DNA of 64,000 nt from Lytechinus pictus (taxonomy: Eukaryota): assembly GCF_037042905.1 (NCBI RefSeq), contig NC_087252.1, forward strand, positions 5,768,001-5,832,000. The letters are read 5' to 3'. This document shows positions 53,201-63,764 of the stretch, in pieces. Position 1 is the first letter of the stretch. Each line of letters begins with the position of its first letter. Made by a program: the position numbers and the translations under genes. The notes under the pieces are model-generated. The model saw nothing but the letters and a program-made list of their open reading frames with translations. It did not search any database and had not been told where the DNA came from.

Positions 53201-56200
53201 GGCCACGGAACCGTGGAGGGGGGGGGGGGGGGGGCTTTAACCCTAACTTAGTCAAAAGCGTGTAAAAACGTGAAAATTACTACCTGATTGTGATTTGGGG
53301 GCATTGTCAGCCCCTCAGTTTCAAAACCGTTCCGCAGCCCCTATTGTATTTCCATCTGCCAGTGTCTAACTCTTTACGATCAACATGATCAAAAACACAC
53401 AAACAATTAAGGAAACATAATAAAGGTTTGGCGACAAACCATTGTCACCGAAAATGTATTTATTTGTTTTTCTTTTTAAAAAAGTGGCAATTTCCCTTTT
53501 CCCCCCATATGACATCCTTCTCCGTAAAACTTAGATTCGAGTTGGTATTCACACCGGTCCTGTAGTAGCTGGAGTTGTTGGTGTAAAGATGCCTCGATAC
53601 TGTTTGTTTGGTGATACTGTCAACACGGCATCGAGAATGGAAAGCCATGGGGTGCCAGGAAAAGTTCATATCAGCCCTTCTACATACAGGTAGTTTACAC
53701 TATTATTGTCCTTAAAATTCACATTAATTTAAACACTTCATAAATATTTACTCAATCTTTCTTTTCATTTTATCTTTTCATAAACGACGTCACCGATTTG
53801 TAGGTTTTGACCTTGACGTAACCATGATAACAGTTGATGATAGGGTCGTATTTTTTGGAAAGCCTGTAGCGCCCTCAGTACTTTGGATGCCCGAATGACT
53901 AAGGTGTTAAACAAAAAACCCTTTCGAAATAGTCGTCCCATGACCATAACTTTTACCTTGTTGACCTTCGCGTGATTTCCAGGGGATTTACAGTGAAAGT
54001 TCAGTTAAAATCTTACCCCTTTTAGATAGAGGGAAACTACATATCCCAAAGTTAACATAGAAGGATACTCACAAATAACCTAAACCTCGGCGATAGTTCA
54101 ATCAGGACACTCATCCACAACATGGTGGAAATCCAAGGAAGAACATGCAATAACCAATGTTCAACCATACGATCATGTGATTAACTTAAATTGTTTTACG
54201 TTGTATTGTCCCACACATTATGTGTATATTATACAGAGCAATTAAGGGGAAAGGATTTGAAACAGAGGCGAGAGGTGGAACGGAAATCAAAGGCAAGGGC
54301 AGAATGATGACACACTTTGTGACGTCACGAACTAACCAGGTCAATGATGACTCTTCGGCGTCAGAGGAAGGTATTGAACCTTGAACTTTGCCCTTTAACA
54401 ATCCCATCTTGTTATTTAAAGTTAAAGGATATTTTTTATACATTTAAACTATTTACCAATTGAACATAAAACAGCCTATTTCAACGTTTAGATAACCGGC
54501 AGAGTATGCTAAGAATATTACACGAACTTAAACTATTTATTATTATTTATTTATTTGAATATATTTATTCAGGATGACAAGATCAGTTAAAAAAACTGTT
54601 TTACATCATGGTCCTGACATTAAATACATAAATACATATAAATCAATAATATATTTAAAATGAGATAAAAATCAAAGTAATATCTGAAAATTTGTGCTTA
54701 AAGTGATACAATGCAATACAAGACAATTAACAATATGTTATACAAAGAAATATAGTAAATGTTATTAAATTGAAGTAATTATCTACGAATTAAAGAACAA
54801 ATTTCGGGGACGAAGTGTATGAATTAATAGTTGCAGAACTATATAAAAATTGATAAAAATCTGGATAATAAAACATCTTTTTAAGTGGAACACTGATATG
54901 AAATAGAAATAAAAAAGTGGTATAATTTACATAAAAGTGTGAGAGTACATAAAAATAGTGTTTCATGTATTTATGAACCAAACTGAATTATAACTAAATA
55001 AAAATTTATACATAATAAATTGTAACGAATTACAATAAAGATATAGGTACTATAAACCTGATAAAAACAATGATTGGATCGAAGTGTATTTGAACAAAAT
55101 GGTATGTAAAATGTACATGAGACTCCATATCGGGGTTTGGGATACAATTTCTTTCTTTCACAATTAAAACTCTCAGGTAATGTAGTACATATGGATTGCC
55201 CATCAGGGTTTTAAAATTAATTTCTTGTATTTAAATTTAAAATTATCGAGTGATGTTGCATTTTGGAGGCTGGGTGGAAGCTCGTTCCATATTTTAGCAC
55301 CAGCATATCTAAATGATTATTTGAATAATTCTAGCTTAGATTTAGGTATTATTACATTTAAAGAATCTACGTTTCTAGTGTTAAATCCATGGCGGTCACA
55401 ATACATCTCAATTTCATTACATAATCGTCCTGGAGCAGTGCCATTAATACATTTGTACATAAGTGTTGCAAGAAAGAAGTTGCGTCTTTGTTCAATGCTT
55501 GGTCACAAGTCCGTCATTAACTTAGTTCCATTGTATTTCTCGTAATCAAAGTTTTTCGTGACTATTCGTGCTGCTCTTTTTTGTGTTCTCAACAATTTCT
55601 TTTTGTAAACTTCTGGGCAATTACCCCGTACAGAACATGCATAATCATAGCATGGTTGAGTTGTAGACTTATACAATATGTTCAATAAGTTAGAGTTAAC
55701 AAATTTACTAAGTTTGGCAAGAATATGGACTTATATTCGACAGATTTACAAACAATATTAGTGTGAGCATTCCATTTCAACTTATCATCAATCATGAGTC
55801 CAAGATATTTCATGTTTTTTACTTGCTCAATCTTGCGCCCTTCAATATAAATGTTAAGTTCATTTAAGGATTTTGATTTTTATTGCATCACCTTAGTTTT
55901 ATCTTATTAATTCGAAGTCTGTTATTAGCATACCATTTATTGATTTCAGCCATGTTTGTCTGTAATTTTGCATTTGCATCGGTATTATCTTTCCCACTAA
56001 GATAAACAACCACATCATCAGCGAATATATTGCATGAACCATTTGTAACATATTCCGAAATATCATTAATAAAGATAAGGAAACGAGTGGGGCCAAGGGC
56101 ACTACCCTGAGGAATACCTACTGCGGGGTACCTCGTGTGTGATCGTTTACCTTGATGTTGTACACTTTGCTTTCTATTAGAAATATAACTCTGAAACCAT

Positions 56201-58596
56201 TGAAGCTGATTGCTACGTATTCCATACTTCTCTAATTTATAAATCAGTAAATCATAATCGATGCAATCAAAGCATTTAGAAATATCTCAGCAAGCAGCTA
56301 CTTTTTTTTACTTTAATTCATGGCTTCATAAAAAATCATCAAGTATGCAAGGTAGACTAGTTGAGGTAAAGTGATTAGGTAAAAAGGCTGATTGGTCGGC
56401 GTTGATCATGTCATTTTTATTTAAGTATTTCAATAGTTGGGATTGAACCGCTTTTTCGATGATCTTAGCAACATGGCTAACAAGAGAAATAGGCCTATAA
56501 TAATTTCTATCTTTCTTTGAACCCTTGCCTTTATAAACCGGGGTTGTTCGTGCCATTTTCCAGTCGTCGGGTATTTCGCCAGAAGATAAACTTTTATTGT
56601 AGATAAGGGTTAGAGAATCACATATGTATGGTGCTGCGATATTTAATATTTTTTTTATCTAGGCCTAAAACATCCACCTTACTCCTTTTGTCAAGGCGAG
56701 TAAGATGTTTTAAAATTGTGTCTATCTCAACATTTTTAAATTCAAAAGATTAAACACTTTCAGGATGTTTCCATTCAATTTTTTTTTCAGGAAAAGTATT
56801 TGCTATCATTTTACTAATGTTTGCAAAATGATTGTTCATTTCATGACAGTAAAGCCGTTCATAACAAGCCAGCCTTTGTCGAAAATCGGTGTATCGAAAC
56901 AGCAGTGTCGTCCTGTACTGACCGCACAGAAATGTTTTTAGCGCTAACAATGCGCTAAAAATGCGCTAACAGAGGCCCTGTTACAACTGGTAATGTGGCA
57001 GCGATGCACTACTGACACATTGAAATAAATGTTTTGACTTCACAATCCGAAAGATGTTACTGGGCTTACTGTTAGCGCTCTCTTAGGTTAACAAAGTTAC
57101 TGTGCGGTCGGCACTGGACTCTGGACAAACCTAATCTTTTCAATTGTTGTCCTGCAAAATCTTAAGACGAAGTGCTCTCCCGGTCCACCAATTTTCGACA
57201 ATGCCCTCTAATCCGTCCATTGTGTTTTGACGGGCATTTTCAGTAAATTCTGCAGAAAGTATATGTGAAGCGGATGCTAAAATACGATCCCAGTTGTTTG
57301 GTCCCACATATCCAGTTCCATGTAGTATTGTCACTATTGTATCAAGAGTCAAATGCACAAACCGGGTCAATGTATTGGTTTAAAAGACTGTTTCACAACG
57401 GGTTAGTAAAAGAACAATAAGTTCAACAATACGGGAACACTTACCAAGGCTTGATAAATTCCGTGTTATGGTGCACTTTTCAAATCCTTCCTGTATTTCG
57501 ACGGCGAAAATAGCCAATCACCACTGTGATCAATGTAATTGCGAATACAGCATTCCGTTATACGTGATTGGGATGTTTAAACCTATTTATCCGTATACAG
57601 TGGTATATGCAATCAAATGGTGGTCACACTGCGTTCGAGCGTACATAATGTAGATTTAGAGTCCATTTTATCTTCAATCAAACTGGTACGAAGTGAGGAT
57701 ATTTATCTATGTTAACACAAATTGCAACCAAATCCACGTGTGACATACCTTTCCCGATGTCGAGAATCATTGGTATCTAATCCCAGATCTAATATAATTC
57801 TTGCAAGAATGATCCCCTTCCCTTTAAAGCTTATGCGAGGGAAAAGTTCCGGCGTCTGACCGCTATCTATTGTTACAACATGAACAAAGTTACGCACACA
57901 TTATTTTGTGAATGTCGATCACGTGGTAAACGTTGTGTTGAGAAGTTGACGTTTTCTTGAATAGCTTTTTAAGTCTGCCAGTAAGTCTATTCTCTTGAAT
58001 TAGTCTATTCACCATGTTCATCCGATTACTAGCAATATTTATGTATACTTTTTTATCAATACCAAATAAACGAACTTAATTGTTCCATAACATTTTCTCA
58101 TTGTTCCTCCACGTGTGTTGTTGTTGTTCTTCATCTTCTCCTCCTCCAGCATCGCTTCCTTTCTATGTTGCTGCTGCTGCTACAGCTACTACTGCTATGC
58201 CGCTACTGCTTTTACTACTGCTGCTACCAATACCATTATTAGTGCTACTGGTAATAATTAGTACATTCTATCCACGAATATCAGTGTGAAACATTATATT
58301 AATCATTTGAATTAGGTTAATTTCGTTCAATAAAGATCAGTTGTTGCTTCACCATTCATCTTTATTACAAATATTCAGAGGCCGATGACCAGGCTAGTTC
58401 TGATGACAAAGACGTGCAGGCTCCCGTGATTATCAACGAACCGATCCCGACAACGAATATCGATGGGAAAAACACAACCACATCAGATGTTACTGCGCCC
58501 TCTGGTGTCAAGAACGAGCCATCAAAGACACAGTCCTCATCATCTTATGATCATGATGGAAGGAATACATCTTCGACATTATGCATTGTGCTTTAA
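26103..58596 (+). CDS. GUCY1B2: Soluble guanylate cyclase beta-2-like gene, 13 coding exons, 752 aa (H-NOX, PAS/HNOBA, coiled coil, class III cyclase, CaaX)
   Basis: Exons 26103-26105, 31636-31709, 31866-31960, 41678-41941, 42388-42560, 44097-44622, 50380-50543, 51461-51617, 52181-52329, 52757-52903, 53535-53689, 54237-54370 and 58379-58596 join through GT-AG introns with consistent phases into a 2259-nt [38 protein letters not shown], the cyclase motifs and terminal CIVL resemble vertebrate beta-2 as I recall it; orthology was not computed. Confidence 0.9.
27260..28612 (-). mobile_element. Degenerate Ty3/Gypsy pol fragment (RT-RNase H) in sGC intron 1
   Basis: [42 protein letters not shown] and [35 protein letters not shown]; many stops and frameshifts; boundaries approximate. 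Confidence 0.85.
29025..30990 (+). mobile_element. Degenerate CR1-clade LINE ORF2 (PHD, APE endonuclease, RT), interrupted
   Basis: [72 protein letters not shown] near 30975. Confidence 0.85.
30011..30512 (+). mobile_element. Tc1-like transposon remnant (left TIR plus transposase C-terminus) nested in the CR1 element
   Basis: TA|CACTCGGCAAAAAAA start; [18 protein letters not shown]c1 catalytic-Glu motif. Confidence 0.85.
31330..31447 (+). mobile_element. SINE fragment
   Basis: B box-like ggttcgatccc followed by a gacgttaaa..ggtccc body. Confidence 0.4.
31636..31709 (+). CDS. GUCY1B2: sGC exon 2 (H-NOX N-terminus [25 protein letters not shown])
   Basis: tttcag|TAC...AG|gtaagt, 74 bp, phase 0-2; matches the MYGFVN..YG..VWE.I pattern. 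Confidence 0.92.
31866..31960 (+). CDS. GUCY1B2: sGC exon 3 ([31 protein letters not shown])
   Basis: cccaag|G...G|gtaaga, phase 2-1; H-NOX Y.D..T...V.AAS.VL pattern. Confidence 0.92.
32047..32250 (-). mobile_element. tRNA-derived SINE family B, copy 1
   Basis: Minus strand ggaggcgcgatagctcagtcgg (A box) ... gggttcgattcc (B box); highly similar to 35768 and 43418. Confidence 0.88.
35589..36256. mobile_element. Kolobok-type MITE interrupted by a SINE
   Basis: ttaaagggaaagttca ... cagggtgaaattccgatttaa. Confidence 0.5.
35768..35968 (-). mobile_element. tRNA-derived SINE family B, copy 2
   Basis: Near-identical to 32047-32250. Confidence 0.88.
37814..38049. mobile_element. TA-flanked MITE with CAC(A/T)CTTAAAA termini
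   Basis: ta|cacacttaaaatgttaggcaa ... ttgccctactattttaagagtg|ta; related half copy at about 20082. Confidence 0.6.
38580..38986. mobile_element. Kolobok-type MITE, right portion
   Basis: Ends cgtcagggtgaacctcccct|ttaa; body similar to 20208 and 35589. Confidence 0.5.
40048..40283. mobile_element. MITE with CATGGCC termini
   Basis: catggccacacg ... ctctgcgtacggccatg; related sequences at about 21370 and 59601. Confidence 0.5.
41678..41941 (+). CDS. GUCY1B2: sGC exon 4 (heme ligand His103 in NLDFLH; YxSxR motif HYYSNR)
   Basis: ttgcag|GT...G|gtaaaa; inside ORF 41641..42021; carries PSFR and YYSNR. Confidence 0.95.
42388..42560 (+). CDS. GUCY1B2: sGC exon 5 (H-NOX C-terminus [19 protein letters not shown]...TEE)
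   Basis: ttaaag|GA...GAG|gtaaca, phase 1-0; ORF 42393..42635. Confidence 0.88.
43418..43616 (-). mobile_element. tRNA-derived SINE family B, copy 3
   Basis: Near-identical to 32047-32250. Confidence 0.88.
44097..44622 (+). CDS. GUCY1B2: sGC exon 6 (long linker plus PAS/HNOBA start, [11 protein letters not shown])
   Basis: ttatag|GAA...G|gtatgt, phase 0-1; in frame with ORF 44172..44654. Confidence 0.92.
45008..45401. mobile_element. Kolobok-type MITE with perfect 14-bp TIR and TTAA duplication
   Basis: TTAA|AGATAAATTCCAGT ... ACTGGAATTTATCT|TTAA. Confidence 0.85.
45632..47984 (-). mobile_element. 5'-truncated Penelope-like element (Neptune-type), RT plus GIY-YIG, in sGC intron 6
   Basis: RT motifs [29 protein letters not shown] (47201..47836). 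Cys-rich linker CGRSRCNAC and [17 protein letters not shown] nuclease (46449..47204). Frameshift near 47350; CT-rich 3' UTR; ~90-bp inverted repeats at the ends. Confidence 0.92.
49130..49447. repeat. (TAC)n microsatellite, left part
   Basis: Seen directly. Confidence 0.9.
49448..50172. mobile_element. hAT-like MITE inserted into the (TAC)n tract
   Basis: caggggcgacggaac ... gttccgcagtccctg; flanks actactac / accacttc (6 of 8 match). Confidence 0.65.
50173..50345. repeat. (TAC)n microsatellite, right part
   Basis: Seen directly. Confidence 0.9.
50380..50543 (+). CDS. GUCY1B2: sGC exon 7 ([36 protein letters not shown])
   Basis: ctatag|GT...GAG|gtaact; HNOBA signature. Confidence 0.95.
51461..51617 (+). 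CDS. GUCY1B2: sGC exon 8 (coiled coil ...[29 protein letters not shown])
   Basis: tttcag|GTT...G|gttagt; translated by hand; signalling-helix motif LLYSMLP. Confidence 0.95.
52181..52329 (+). CDS. GUCY1B2: sGC exon 9 (cyclase [12 protein letters not shown]...VYK)
   Basis: ctgtag|GT...AAG|gtacgt; inside ORF 52087..52383. Confidence 0.95.
52757..52903 (+). CDS. GUCY1B2: sGC exon 10 ([15 protein letters not shown]...PVTGEKIQ)
   Basis: tttcag|GTT...CAG|gtaaaa, 147 bp, phase 0-0. Confidence 0.95.
53197..53342. mobile_element. G/C-run MITE (CAGGGGCC termini), copy 3
   Basis: caggggccacggaac ... ccgttccgcagcccct. Confidence 0.65.
53535..53689 (+). CDS. GUCY1B2: sGC exon 11 ([39 protein letters not shown])
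   Basis: acttag|ATT...AG|gtagtt; guanylate cyclase signature. Confidence 0.96.
54237..54370 (+). CDS. GUCY1B2: sGC exon 12 ([28 protein letters not shown]...SEE)
   Basis: atacag|A...G|gtattg, phase 2-1; RG..E.KGKG.M.T.F motif. Confidence 0.92.
54535..56850 (-). mobile_element. Degenerate CR1/L2-clade LINE (RT plus AT-rich 3' UTR) in sGC intron 12
   Basis: [68 protein letters not shown]; (aaat)n-type tail near 54540. Confidence 0.88.
58115..58260. repeat. Mixed trinucleotide (TGT/CCT/CTG/CTA) microsatellite
   Basis: Seen directly. Confidence 0.75.
58379..58596 (+). CDS. GUCY1B2: sGC exon 13 (Ser/Thr-rich tail ending in CaaX box CIVL, then stop)
   Basis: attcag|AG is phase-compatible with exon 12 and in frame with ORF 58414..58596; TGC ATT GTG CTT TAA. 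Confidence 0.8.
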
Positions 58597-60139
58597 ACTC
58601 TTACTTCATGCGACTCTAAGTTGGACACAGTGAACTTCATTAAAGCATTGAATACGACAAGTTATATAAAACATCTTTTACTAAAAATAGGGTATGTTTG
58701 TCTAATATATAAAAATATATACAAGACTTAGAAAAATTTTATTTTCTAAAAGTTTCTCAATTAAATATCAAGAGAACGTTTGCGCCTATTGAATGTTATA
58801 CTTTGATTAGTGTTAAAGTTGTCATTGATATACACCTTATTTTTAATTACATATTTTGTGCATTTGTTTTATAGATTTTTTTTTCTCATATGAAAATCAA
58901 AGTTATTTACTTATTTATTTTACATTGGGGATGGGGAGAGGTGTACTACATCAAGCTTTTTGTTTTAGTTGCCCCATCCCATTTCTTTGAATGTTAAAAA
59001 TGTATTTGCTGTATATGCATATCTTTGTGCAGTTATACATGAAAACATCCACTGTATTAATGATGTAAATATAAACAATATAAAGTGGAAACATAGATAT
59101 CGGTCGCACCATGAATAATGTCGATATTTTGTAAATGCATAATATGTAGCTTGAATCGTGATCTTTATAAGGAAATTTGTGTTTCAAGCGTATTCCACCA
59201 CAAATTTTACTTTTATGTTATCACGCTCTTTTGTTGGTTATGAAATATATTATGTTAGTATACTTTTATGAATGATGGAAAATGATTTTGTATAATCATA
59301 TTTTGTGAAAATAGAAGAAAAAAAATTCCTTTGAATGAGAAAAATGGAGAAATTAGTGTGAGTCAATCAATCACATAAGATAAGTTTATATATGTAAATA
59401 AATAATTGTTATAAAACGATTTATTTCCCACGGATCTTTATATTTTCATCATCAATTTACCCTCACGCTCTGTCTATATCTCTCGCTCATTCCCTTTTTT
59501 TTCATCTATTTTCTTCATTCACTCTTCTAGCGATTACCAATTAATTCCTATTCTCTTTGTCTGATCCATTCTCAAAATTCATCTCAACAACCGATTGGAA
59601 TCATGGCCGTGTACGCAGAGGCTTGAGGAGAGGGTAATTGCTTCCCCTAGATATTTTGAAAACTTTTTGCTTTGGCTGAAAATCTTTACAAAATTCACCA
59701 AAAATGTTCACAAAATCATTCGATTTTTCTTTAGGAAACCCTTAAACACCCTCTTGACCAATCACTTAAACCCCAACTCCTTGTATCCTGTCCAGCTTGA
59801 TAATGTGTGAATAGAAAGGGCATGCAGTTATTGATCCATGTTTGAAATCTTGACAATGAAATATGAATAAACCTTAGGCTGTTTTTTTATTATACAGAAT
59901 TATTTTGTAAATTATGTCGCCATTGTTCTAACACTTACGAGTTCTATGTTTTTGTACGTGACAGGTATTTTATAATTTCTTACAAGAAATGTATGAATAA
60001 AAATATTTTGGTGTTCTTTCAGTACAGAAGTACTTACATTTAATGATGAATGTGTGATTGCGATGGTCAGGTGGATAATACGGAAGCATGGCAGTTTGCC
60101 CTACCTCCCAGTTATCAGATATAATTAAAATAATTATAT

Positions 60140-60360
60140 GAAGAGCTCATTTGCAAAAGGGGTTAGATCCATTTCTAATCAAATTTGATTTTGTTGTCCC
60201 AAGACCCAATGTATGGATGTTTAGTAGTTATGATGAAAAATGAAATTCCCATTAAAAGTGAAAAAATGGCAAAGAAAAATCACTTTAGTAAAAAAAAGGG
60301 CTAGATCAATTTTAATTTGTTTGGAAATGGGGCTAGATCCACAAAGGTAATTTTTGAAAA
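60140..60360. mobile_element. Partial copy of the GAAGAG-terminus MITE
   Basis: atat|gaagagctcatttgcaaaaggggttagatcca; shares aaaatggcaaagaaaa.tcac with 22920-23702. Confidence 0.6.
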
Positions 60361-60502
60361 AAAATATAAAGAAATATACAGACAAGCATCGTAATGAGCA
60401 ATGTTGAGGAATCATTGTTGTTAGATAATTATAGGAGACTGGAAAATTACTTTAACAATCGCTAAGAGTTTCGACATATAGTGTACAATTTGGTATTACC
60501 AC

Positions 60503-60740
60503 CAATGGCGGCGGAAGCCCAAAAAATTAGGGGGGACCAGCAAAAAAATTTGACAAGCTAAAAAAAAAAGGTTATCAACCAAAATTTTAGGGGGGGGGGA
60601 CCAACAAATTTTTTTGACAAGCAAAAAAAAAGAAAAAAAAAAGGTTATCAACTAAAATTTTAGGGGGAATCGTCCCCCCACCTCAAGTTTAGGAGGGACA
60701 GGTCCCCCCTCCCGTCCCTCCCCCGCTTCCGCCGCCTATG
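60503..60740. mobile_element. hAT-type MITE with perfect 8-bp target duplication
   Basis: ATTACCAC|caatggcggcggaagc ... gcttccgccgcctatg|ATTACCAC. Confidence 0.88.
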
Positions 60741-63644
60741 ATTACCACCGATGCGACTAATGTTGATTTACACTGAAAGTGATACTCTTTCTTTGAACCA
60801 GAAATTTCTCTAATTTGATTTGAGATTTTTTCGGAGGTAAATTGCTTGTTTGTAGACACCATACCATGTACGGTACCGCAGAAGCCATCTTCATCCTGAA
60901 GCCAAGTCAGAAATACCGTCCAGTACGTGGGACAGAATGTCCCGAGAAAGTACCTTTCCGTCGAGTATTTACACCAACCAAACAGTGAGTTTATATCATA
61001 AAATGTTCATGATTTGTAACTCTGAAGTACTATTGTGTATTATAAAGTAAATCCTGATTATTAGTACAGAAATTAAGTCGTGTGTACCAAGTTTATTTTG
61101 AATTGCCGCATTTTTAGGTGTTGCGTATGCTACGTAGAGGGCAGTGTTTCTAAATGATTTATTTTTGTTGGTTGCAATTGTTGAAATGTTGGTAGTATTT
61201 TGAATATATATATAAACATCTTTGACCAAAAAGGGAAAAGTTATGTACAAGACGGAACGATTTCACAACAAAGAAGATCTGGCTTTCAAAACTAGTCAAA
61301 GGAGAACGATCGGACAATAATGAAATAACTTTATGTAAAACTGCGCATGCACTATAAATCAGTTGATATTGTGGATTAATGAATTGTTTTTTTTTCAACA
61401 AAATAACTATTCAATTAATACTGATTCGAAATCAAAACAAAGCCACACTTGTTTTATAAATTCATAAATACGAAAACAATTTTGGGAATTAATGTGTTAA
61501 GGATTACCCCCCCCCATAAAAAAAAAAATAAAAAAAAATATGGCTTAGTTGCGTATAAAACACATCGAAATACAATACAAGAACGGTAATTTCAAAATTG
61601 ATCTGAATTTCTGGAGAAGTATTTTCAATAATTTGATTTGTGACATTGACATTAAAAAGGGCTATTTTGATTTATATTAAGCAATGAAATAAAGTAGTAG
61701 ATACTCCTGTGCTTTAAAGTTATGCATAGCAATTAGGTGCAAATTGAACATTTGGGTGCAAATTGAACATTTGGGCTGCTCGCTTCATAAGCTTTGAATT
61801 CCTCAAATCTCTAGATTTTTTGTCTGCCAAATCCCCGAGCTTAAAGAAATGACAACGAACATTTCACCTCAAATGCCTAAGCAGACAGTCAATTTATGTT
61901 AATTGTTTGAGTAATGCATATTCCTTACATTTTGTTAGTACCTTTTCAACCGTCAACAATACTTGAAAAAGTACAAAATTTCGTCGTATGGATGTAAAAA
62001 TAATAACATAAATTTAATCATTTTTCTGTATTATCAAGTGTTTACGCAATTATTTCAATTATTGACTTTAAACAATAATGAGTCTGAAGGGGACATTTTC
62101 CTTTTTCTTTCTTTATTTTGAAATAACATGTATTCATTTAAAGCATAATAAGATAAAATGAACAAAAACAGACATATATCACATCAAATATGTATTTTCG
62201 AATAGCAACATTACGTCACAAGAATGCTACAAAACACAACATGTACATTTAAGATTAATTAATCATTTCTTTCCAACTTAAACACTGGAACAAGATGATT
62301 CCATTAAAAGTTAATAATTTCTTTGTTTTAAGACTGATCCCATGTAGAAATAATAATAATAATATTAAGAACATGGATTCGGACTGGATGATATTTCGGT
62401 AATAATATTGATGATCGTTGTATTTATTTAAATCTCAAATATATTATTTGTTCTACTGATTATAAATACAGTTCGCCGTTTGTTTGAAAATTGCTGGTAC
62501 ATTTCGTGTAATAGGCATCAAAGATACATATGTCACTGTTTTATTCGGTGCAATAGCAAGAATTGCACAAACAAAATACACGTCAAATATAGGTCCAACA
62601 TATCGTGTTTCCAGTTGGTTTGAGATTTGCTCATGTCTTATGCTGTCCTTATTACAGATCTATTACCTTGAAGCAGCCTCCTGCACACATTTTACCAACA
62701 CCCTTAACTCAATATTGAAAGATATAGGGGAATAAACAGCCTTGGCATTCAATTAACATTACTCAAATTTCTGATCAATCATACCTTCTCAAAGAATCAT
62801 GTTTCCATGGTCTGTCGAGTTTTAATGGGTGTATGAGAATGCAGGGTCACGTAAAAGCTTACTAAATGTATTTAACAATTTTGAAACTTATTTTTGAATA
62901 TAACTTGTACAAACGGTTTATTACAACCTATCGCCTTAAGTTTATAATAGAGACCATTCAACGTGTTCAAAATGTATGACAGTTATTGGCACTGAATGAA
63001 ACAAGACTCGTAATTGTATCCTAATCTATCTCATGCTGTTTTCCGTCATTTGTGTTCTCCCTTCAAATAAGGTAGATGATCCTTTTGAGTGGATGATTAT
63101 TAAACAGATTAAAAACAGAATAAACATAATTAACGACTTAAAGAATAATCATTTCCTGAACAATACCTGTCTAAAAATGTACAGATAACCCGGGATGAAC
63201 TTGTATTTAATAATATATTAGTACACTTGCTAGACTAAACGTTGCCACTTAGCCTTAAACAACAAAATGTATGATTTGTACATAATTCCATGAAGCTGAT
63301 AATAAGCTCAGAATAAGCACAAAAATATTTACAAGAAATGTTTGTTGACAAATTATTATTACTATTTTTTTTGTAATAACAGATGGTTGTGTTTTGTCTC
63401 ATGCGGGGTTTATTAAAAATGTTTTATTCAATATTTGGGATACTAACAATACTTTCATCATCATATTATCATTGCCATAGTCATAATCATCATTCTTGTT
63501 AATATTGTCATCATTAACCGTATCAATAAATCATGCTTATTGAAATTATCATTATTTCTGATAATATCCTAATCACCAATAATACGGTAATCACAATTGT
63601 CATGAAATTATATCAAAACTTTATCCCGGATACATCCAAAATAG

Positions 63645-63764
63645 GTTGGTCCTATCAATGATGATACTTTAAAAGAGGTGATAGATGACGAATACTTGTA
63701 CGCCATCTACGTATTCTTGTATGAAAATACAAGTCGAAAATGGTACTTTGGGGCATATTCTCAG
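63645..63764 (+). other. Candidate exon of an unidentified downstream gene or pseudogene
   Basis: atag|GTT...CAG|gtaact, 120 bp, open in phase 0-0: VGPINDDTLKEVIDDEYLYAIYVFLYENTSRKWYFGAYSQ; no family recognised. Confidence 0.35.

Noticed and set aside
44045..54443. Minus-strand ORFs overlapping sGC exons (44045, 44442, 51467, 53460, 54186)
   Set aside because: Antisense shadows of real coding exons.
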